From a virus (Duplodnaviria > Heunggongvirae > Uroviricota > Caudoviricetes), in IMG/VR virus record IMGVR_UViG_3300025000_000058: 32,149 nt of DNA. One strand, given 5' to 3'. The notes beneath the pieces are model-generated. The model ran no database searches. It saw only the letters and a list, made by a program, of their open reading frames with translations, and was not told the DNA's origin. Made by a program: the position numbers and the translations under genes. Within the stretch, counting starts at the first letter, position 1; every line of letters begins with the position of its first letter. Shown here piece by piece: positions 26,063 through 32,149 of this stretch.

Positions 26063-29000
26063 ATGTTTGAGTTAGATTTATCTAAAATAAATGAAGAACC
26101 AAAATTATACATCTGTAAACCAAATTTAAATTTTTCAACTATTGGCATATTAAATGATGCATTTAATATAAAAATAGATTATAAATTATCACAAATAAAT
26201 GAATTAAACTTTTCTATCTTCACAGATATTGAAATTAATCATGAATTAGTTAGAAATCCTAACTATGAATTATTGAAATATAGATATTTAATTAGATATG
26301 AATATAATAATTACAAGGAATATTTTATAACAAATGTTCCAGAAGATGTTTCAGATGATTCTGGTTATGTAAAAAATATAACTTGTTATTCTTTAGCATA
26401 TTCATTAAATGATGAAATAATAAATAGCTATAAATCTAATAATTCAATAAATGCAACACAAGCTTTAAATGATATATTATTGGATACTGCATGGAGCGTA
26501 GGAAATATAGATGCTAGTTTTGATATTATGTATAGACAATTTGATATATCAGGAAAAACAGCATTAGATGCTGTATATGATATTGCTAATACATTTAGTG
26601 CAGTAGTCATATTTGATAGTATTAATTATAAAATACATTTACACAAAACAGAAGATGGCTTAGATGAAGGACTTATTTTTGACTATGGTAAATATATTAA
26701 AGATATATCTAGCAAAATAAATCCTGATGATTTTGCTACTCAATTATATGTATATGGTAAAAATAATTTAACCATTAGTACAGCTAATGTTAATGGAAGT
26801 CCACATTTACAAAACTATATGTTTTATGTATTTCCTTTCGAAAGAGATGAAAATAGAAATGTATTAAAACGTTCTGATTATATGAGTGATGAATTATGTC
26901 ATGCAATATTAGATTATAATATATTATTAGAAAGCAAAGAAGGGGAATATAATACATTATATAATAATAAAATAAATTATATAGATATTGTTAATACTAA
27001 AACAACAGAGTTAACAGATATAAAAACATCAATGTTAGTTATACTTGACTCTTTATATCTGGCACAAGCAAATAATTTACCTACTTCTGAGTTAATTTTA
27101 CAAAGAGATAATAAACAAATAGAAATTGATAATAAAATAAAAGAAATTAAATCAGTATTATTTAGTATAAACATTACTAATGGTTGTGTTGCCAGTGGAA
27201 ATATTAATATAACAATTGATGATAAATCTATGGATATACCATTAACAGCAAATGATAATATTAACAATGTCGCTTTAAAAATTAATAACTATATTAATAG
27301 TAAATATTATAATGTTGATAATAATTTTCCTTTAAACCCACTGATTAAATGTAGTGTTGTCAATGGAGTTATTAATGTGATTTATTTTACTACCAAAAAT
27401 AATTTAGATGTTAATGTTACATATAATGATATAGATAATACAGGTATTGCATTAAATATTGGAGATAAAATTAATAATGGATTAGAAAATTTAGTAAGCA
27501 ATATTAATAGTCAAATGTCAACTTTGTTTACTTTATTATCAATGGAAAATAATTTTACTATTAATAATATTACTGAGTTAAAAAGATCGTTTATAAATAA
27601 AAAAATAATAAGAAATGAATATATATCAGATGCTAAAGAATTATTAATATGGGGGAAAAAAGAGTTTGAAAAATATTATTATCCTCCAACAATAATAGAA
27701 TTGTCTATTGTAGATTTGTTTAGATGTATAGATATTGGATGTCAAGTTGATAAAAATAAATTGCAATTAGAAGAAATAGTAAGAGTTAGATATGAAAAAT
27801 TTAATATTGATATAAAAGCAAAGATAATAGAATTAAGTATAGATTTTGAAAATAGTGATATTAGTGTTGTAATAAGTAATATTTCAGAAATAAACAGAGA
27901 TAAAGATAAATTTATTAAATTATTAAATCAAAGCATTAACAGTGCAATGACATTAGAAGTAAATAAAGAGAATTGGAGCGATATAACAACAGCAAATAAT
28001 AATATAGCTAACATAATGGATATATTACGTGGTAATATAAAAAATGAAATAAATTTAGCTTCTAATGAGACAGTAACACTAAACAAAAGTGGGTTGACAG
28101 CAGTTGACATAAATGATCCAAATAGATTTATCAGAATAACACATAGTTGTTTAGGATTAACAAAAACTGGAGGCAACACATATGAAACTGCAATAACACC
28201 AGATGGAGTAATAGCAGAAAAATTAATAGGTAAAATATTAGCAGGAATAAATTTAACAATTGATGCATCAGATTCGCAGGGAAATAAAACATTTGAAGTA
28301 AATCAAAATGGTGTAAAAATTTCAGGTTTAGCTTTAGAGATAACAAATGGTGGTATACCAGAATCACAAATAAACCCAACCTCCGTAGCAAATTGGAATT
28401 CTGCATCCCAAGAAGCACAAGATTACGCAGATGCAATATTAAATATATTTAAAACTACAACATATAATACAGATATAACAAATTTACAATCACAAATAGA
28501 TGGGAATATTACAACTTGGTTTTATGATTATGAACCTACATTAATTAATATCCCTACAAGTAATTGGACTACAGATGAAGATAAAAATAATCATTTGGGG
28601 GATCTGTTTTATAATATTACAACTGGATATGCTTATAGATTTGCATTTAATATAACATATCAATGGATTAAAATTACAGATACAGATGTAACTAAAGCTC
28701 TAGCTGATGCTTCAAAAGCACAAGATACTGCTGATAATAAACGTAGAGTGTTTATGTCACAGCCAATTCCGCCTTATGATATTGGTGATTTGTGGAGGAT
28801 AGAAGGAGAAACTGATTTAAAAATTTGTACTACTCCTAAAATAATTGATCAATTATATTTTGTTACAGATTGGGTATATGCTACAGATGTTCAAACTTGG
28901 GTAAACACACAAATATCTGAAATTGATACTTCTATTGCTACACTACAATCAAATATTGATCAATTCTCTAGTGATTTAGTATTAAGCTTATCAGAAGCAA

Positions 29001-31054
29001 ATACATTAAAACTTTCATTAGATAACGTTACAGCAGAATCTACAGATATCATTAATATTGCTACAAGCTTAGGAATTACCACTGAAAAAAATAATTATTC
29101 AATAGCATTAACAACTTTAATTGATTATCTAAATACTAATTGGTTAGGGAAAACGTATCCATTAACAATTACTTTAACTCAAAGAACAAATGTAACTACT
29201 TATTTTCAAAATGTTGAATCCAATAAATCAGTTTTAATTAATAAAATTACAGCAGTTAGAGAACAAAATGCTAATTTATATTCTGATGCTAATTTAAATG
29301 ATTTTATTGATAATATTTATGTAGCAGATCAATTAAATATACAATCTCAAATTGATGGGAAAATTGAATCATATTTTACTACAACAGATCCTAATATTTG
29401 GTTAGAAGTAGATAGAGTGAAACATGACGGAGATATGTGGTATAATACTTCAACTAAATTATTAAAACGATATAATTCGTCAACTAATATATGGGAATTG
29501 ATAGAAGATCAAAAAGCTATTGATGCTTATAATAACGCATCTGTTGCACAAGATACAGCAGATGGTAAAAGAAGGGTTTTTGTTGCACAACCTGTCCCTC
29601 CCTATGACATTGGTGATTTGTGGACACAAGGTATTAGTGGAGATTTAATGAGATGTACAGTAGCTAAATTATCAGGTACTTATACTATTACAGATTGGAT
29701 TTTAGCAACTAAATACACTGATGATACTATAGCAAATCAAGCACAACAAGATGCTATTAATGCACAAAATACAGCAAATATTGCAAATGCATTGCTTGCA
29801 GATTTGGCAAATGATAATAAATTAACAGCTTCAGAAAAACAATTAACAAAACAAGAATGGGATATTATAATGTCTGAAAAATCTATAATTGAATCCCAAG
29901 CAAATTATTATGGTATAGTAACAGAATTAACAAATTATAATAATAGTTATTCAACATTAAATACATATATAACACCATTATTAACAGATTTAACTACAAC
30001 AAGTGATATTGAAGGAACAACTTTTAGAAATAATTTTAAAGTATATTATGATAATAGAACAACATTACTCACTGCAATATCAAATAAAGCAAAATTATTA
30101 GCAGATAATGCACAGGCAACCGCAAATAATAGTGTACAGCAAGGAACATTGTATAATGGTGTAAAACTAGATAGTGTTGATGGATTAGCAGTTACAAGAT
30201 CAGATAACAAATCAAGATCAATATTAAATGCTACAGATGGATTGAAAATACAAATAGGGGATGGGACAGGAAATACGTGGACAGATAAATTATATGCTGA
30301 TACAAATGGAAATTTAAACTTACTTGGAAATTTAATAGTTGGGGCAGGAAATATTATAGTAAAAGCAGACAACAATGGTTTATATGCTGGAAATTCAGTA
30401 TTTGCATCTGCACCATTTAGAGTAGATATGAATGGTAATTTATCAGCAAATAGTGTAGATATTAAAGGTAATATTGATTGTGATTTATTAAAAATAAGTG
30501 GAGTTAGTATTCTTGATGAATTAAATCAAAAAATTAATGGTACATATTTAGCAGATAATAGCATTGGTGCATCAAAAATAAAAACCAACGAATTAATCGT
30601 TGGTACAAATATTACTATGGGTGCGAATGCAAGTATAACTTGGGGACAAATAACAAGTCAACCATTTATACCTGTAACTGCTAGTGATGTTGGAGCAGTT
30701 GCAGTAAATAGCTATGTTACAACACTTCCTAACTTTATTCAATCAACAAAAATAACTCAAACAAGAATAGAAAGTCCAGAAATAGTAGGAGGAAGTATTG
30801 CAAGTAATACAACTATTGATGTTGGTACAGATGCGAAAATAGGACGCAACTTATTTTTAACAGCAGAGGAACTTAGTACAATATTTTGGAAAGATATATT
30901 AAATGTAGAATATGGAAGAATAGAAATGGAATCGCCAGCAAAAAGATTATCAATATATGGAACTAATGCAACTCAAATTGGTATAACTGGAAAAAATACA
31001 TATATAAATGGAAATGTTACATTCGAAAATCCAATAGTTGCAAAATTTGGGTAA
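26063..31054 (+). CDS. Tail hub/spike-fibre protein (prophage endopeptidase-tail-like N-terminus, duplicated fibre modules)
   Basis: AGGAGGT SD, 1663 aa after Dit. N-terminal hub motifs (TRL-like ATQLYVYGKNNL, EEIVRVRY...IKAKIIELS) and two copies of QDTAD.KRRVF..QP.PPYDIGDLW. Confidence 0.85.
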   Translation: MFELDLSKINEEPKLYICKPNLNFSTIGILNDAFNIKIDYKLSQINELNFSIFTDIEINHELVRNPNYELLKYRYLIRYEYNNYKEYFITNVPEDVSDDSGYVKNITCYSLAYSLNDEIINSYKSNNSINATQALNDILLDTAWSVGNIDASFDIMYRQFDISGKTALDAVYDIANTFSAVVIFDSINYKIHLHKTEDGLDEGLIFDYGKYIKDISSKINPDDFATQLYVYGKNNLTISTANVNGSPHLQNYMFYVFPFERDENRNVLKRSDYMSDELCHAILDYNILLESKEGEYNTLYNNKINYIDIVNTKTTELTDIKTSMLVILDSLYLAQANNLPTSELILQRDNKQIEIDNKIKEIKSVLFSINITNGCVASGNINITIDDKSMDIPLTANDNINNVALKINNYINSKYYNVDNNFPLNPLIKCSVVNGVINVIYFTTKNNLDVNVTYNDIDNTGIALNIGDKINNGLENLVSNINSQMSTLFTLLSMENNFTINNITELKRSFINKKIIRNEYISDAKELLIWGKKEFEKYYYPPTIIELSIVDLFRCIDIGCQVDKNKLQLEEIVRVRYEKFNIDIKAKIIELSIDFENSDISVVISNISEINRDKDKFIKLLNQSINSAMTLEVNKENWSDITTANNNIANIMDILRGNIKNEINLASNETVTLNKSGLTAVDINDPNRFIRITHSCLGLTKTGGNTYETAITPDGVIAEKLIGKILAGINLTIDASDSQGNKTFEVNQNGVKISGLALEITNGGIPESQINPTSVANWNSASQEAQDYADAILNIFKTTTYNTDITNLQSQIDGNITTWFYDYEPTLINIPTSNWTTDEDKNNHLGDLFYNITTGYAYRFAFNITYQWIKITDTDVTKALADASKAQDTADNKRRVFMSQPIPPYDIGDLWRIEGETDLKICTTPKIIDQLYFVTDWVYATDVQTWVNTQISEIDTSIATLQSNIDQFSSDLVLSLSEANTLKLSLDNVTAESTDIINIATSLGITTEKNNYSIALTTLIDYLNTNWLGKTYPLTITLTQRTNVTTYFQNVESNKSVLINKITAVREQNANLYSDANLNDFIDNIYVADQLNIQSQIDGKIESYFTTTDPNIWLEVDRVKHDGDMWYNTSTKLLKRYNSSTNIWELIEDQKAIDAYNNASVAQDTADGKRRVFVAQPVPPYDIGDLWTQGISGDLMRCTVAKLSGTYTITDWILATKYTDDTIANQAQQDAINAQNTANIANALLADLANDNKLTASEKQLTKQEWDIIMSEKSIIESQANYYGIVTELTNYNNSYSTLNTYITPLLTDLTTTSDIEGTTFRNNFKVYYDNRTTLLTAISNKAKLLADNAQATANNSVQQGTLYNGVKLDSVDGLAVTRSDNKSRSILNATDGLKIQIGDGTGNTWTDKLYADTNGNLNLLGNLIVGAGNIIVKADNNGLYAGNSVFASAPFRVDMNGNLSANSVDIKGNIDCDLLKISGVSILDELNQKINGTYLADNSIGASKIKTNELIVGTNITMGANASITWGQITSQPFIPVTASDVGAVAVNSYVTTLPNFIQSTKITQTRIESPEIVGGSIASNTTIDVGTDAKIGRNLFLTAEELSTIFWKDILNVEYGRIEMESPAKRLSIYGTNATQIGITGKNTYINGNVTFENPIVAKFG

Positions 31055-31058
31055 TAAT

Positions 31059-31568
31059 CTATTTCTTTAAAATATTATTTAAAAAATACTCATATTTTAC
31101 ATAAGTTCTATCTCTGTAAATAATATAATTAACATTATCTATTCGCATACCTGTACCATTAAATATACCTAGATATTTATCATTTAAATTACTACAATTA
31201 GCAAATACAACATTATTAATGTCAATAAATTCTATATTATCTTTAATATATTTATCAAGTGTTAATGTATTTAATTGTGTTGTATTTTTATTTTGTTCAA
31301 TTTCAATTTGTTTTAATTCATCATTCCATTTAATATTACAATGTAATAAATCACCTATTTTCTTTAGTGGAATATAAGTATTGCCATCATAATTTAATAC
31401 AGGTAATTCAGAGGTATATTGTGTTCCATTAACTAGAATAGGATAATTTACTTTTTGTAATACGTATTGTTTTACTGGTTCGGCAAAAGCAATTGTGGAA
31501 CAAAATAATGTACCCATAATAATTCCTGAAATAAAATATTTAATTTTTTGTGTATTAAATTTAAACAT
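31059..31568 (-). CDS. Secreted protein with copper-amine-oxidase-N/stalk-like domain
   Basis: Signal peptide (KIKYFISGIIMGTLFCSTIAFA/EP). Motif YPILVNG...LNYDGNTYIPLKKIGDLL...IKWN typical of the stalk domain. GGAGAG SD on the minus strand. Confidence 0.8.
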   Translation of the reverse strand: MFKFNTQKIKYFISGIIMGTLFCSTIAFAEPVKQYVLQKVNYPILVNGTQYTSELPVLNYDGNTYIPLKKIGDLLHCNIKWNDELKQIEIEQNKNTTQLNTLTLDKYIKDNIEFIDINNVVFANCSNLNDKYLGIFNGTGMRIDNVNYIIYRDRTYVKYEYFLNNILKK

Positions 31569-31625
31569 TAATAATCTCTCCTTTTTTTAATTAGTATATT
31601 TATAATATATCCATATTATATGTTT

Positions 31626-31634
31626 ATTATACCA
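31626..31634 (-). promoter_or_regulatory. Putative extended -10 (TGnTATAAT) promoter for the minus-strand gene
   Basis: Plus-strand ATTATACCA reads TGGTATAAT on the minus strand, about 60 nt upstream of the ATG at 31568. AT-rich context raises the chance of a random match. Confidence 0.4.
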
Positions 31635-31730
31635 TATATGCTTGTGTTTGTATTGAAAAATTTGTCGAATAATTTGTAATAAATATAAAATATTATTAAT
31701 AAATTTATATATTGAAGGTGGTGACTTAAT

Positions 31731-32149
31731 ATAAATAATAACTTAATAAAAACAAAAAAATATTTCATAGAATTCTATGACAAATCTAATCCAAATTTAA
31801 TTAAATCTTTCAATGGTAAAATAAGACATGATTTTGATAAAATACCAGAATTAATGTCTGCTGAATTAACTTCAGAACAATTAAATAAATTAACTAAACA
31901 TGAAAAAATAAAAAATATTAGACTAGTAGGTAAATGTACTGGTTCTGCTCAATCTATGGATTGGGGTTATATTGCCACAAAGGTAAATACTAGATATAAA
32001 GGTGTATACACAGGCAATGGTGTAAATGTAGCAATTATTGACACAGGATTAGCATATCATGAAGATTTACCTTCTGCTACTGCCTGGATAGATTATGTAG
32101 ATAGTCAATCTACGCAATATGATGATAATGAACATGGAACTTTTTGTGC
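31731..32149 (+). CDS. Subtilisin-like (S8) serine protease, 5' part, truncated by the window end
   Basis: Stop-free frame from 31731 gives an I9-like propeptide (KYFIEF...IRHDFDKIPELMSAELTSEQL..L) then QSMDWG, GNGVNVAIIDTG (catalytic Asp at 32040) and DDNEHGTFC (catalytic His at 32133). SD AAGGTGGTGA, 6-nt spacer, ATA. Not in the ORF track. Confidence 0.88.
   Translation, partial: MNNNLIKTKKYFIEFYDKSNPNLIKSFNGKIRHDFDKIPELMSAELTSEQLNKLTKHEKIKNIRLVGKCTGSAQSMDWGYIATKVNTRYKGVYTGNGVNVAIIDTGLAYHEDLPSATAWIDYVDSQSTQYDDNEHGTFC

Larger units (their letters stand above)
1..32149 (+). mobile_element. Large siphovirus-type phage or prophage segment (tRNA island plus head-neck-tail morphogenesis module, SPbeta-like organisation)
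   Basis: Co-oriented terminase, portal, protease/scaffold, capsid, neck, tail tube, tape measure, Dit and tail hub genes. No sheath gene, no host housekeeping genes. No integrase or att site in the window, so prophage and free phage cannot be distinguished. Confidence 0.93.

Noticed and set aside
922-30375. Short minus-strand ORFs in the track (922..1140, 4843..5121, 6457..6755, 8730..8966, 13909..14193, 15536..15811 and those within the tape measure and tail genes)
   Set aside because: All lie antisense to long, motif-bearing + strand genes, have Phe/Leu/Ile/Ser-rich shadow composition, and none has a recognisable motif.

Overview
Very AT-rich window from a large, long-tailed Firmicutes phage or prophage with SPbeta-like gene organisation. 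Positions 1-1864 are an RNA island: two cloverleaf-like hairpin elements, four tRNA genes (Ser-TGA, His-GTG, Arg-ACG, Thr-TGT), and, inside the tRNA cluster, a 209-aa helical protein gene followed by a ~350-nt structured non-coding region with a phased AAAG-NNN heptamer tract. This gene/RNA pair is the best candidate for an undescribed system. Positions 2239-31054 are a complete + strand morphogenesis module: small and large terminase, portal, protease/scaffold with a nested in-frame start, a frameshifted free-standing homing-endonuclease-like gene, capsid, neck, tail tube, a 2586-aa tape measure with M23 and lysozyme-like domains, distal tail protein, and a 1663-aa tail hub/fibre with an internal duplication. 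The window ends with an opposite-strand secreted-protein gene and the truncated 5' end of a subtilisin-like protease missed by the ORF track. Four genes appear to start at ATT, ATC or ATA. All family assignments come from motif recognition and gene order, not database searches.
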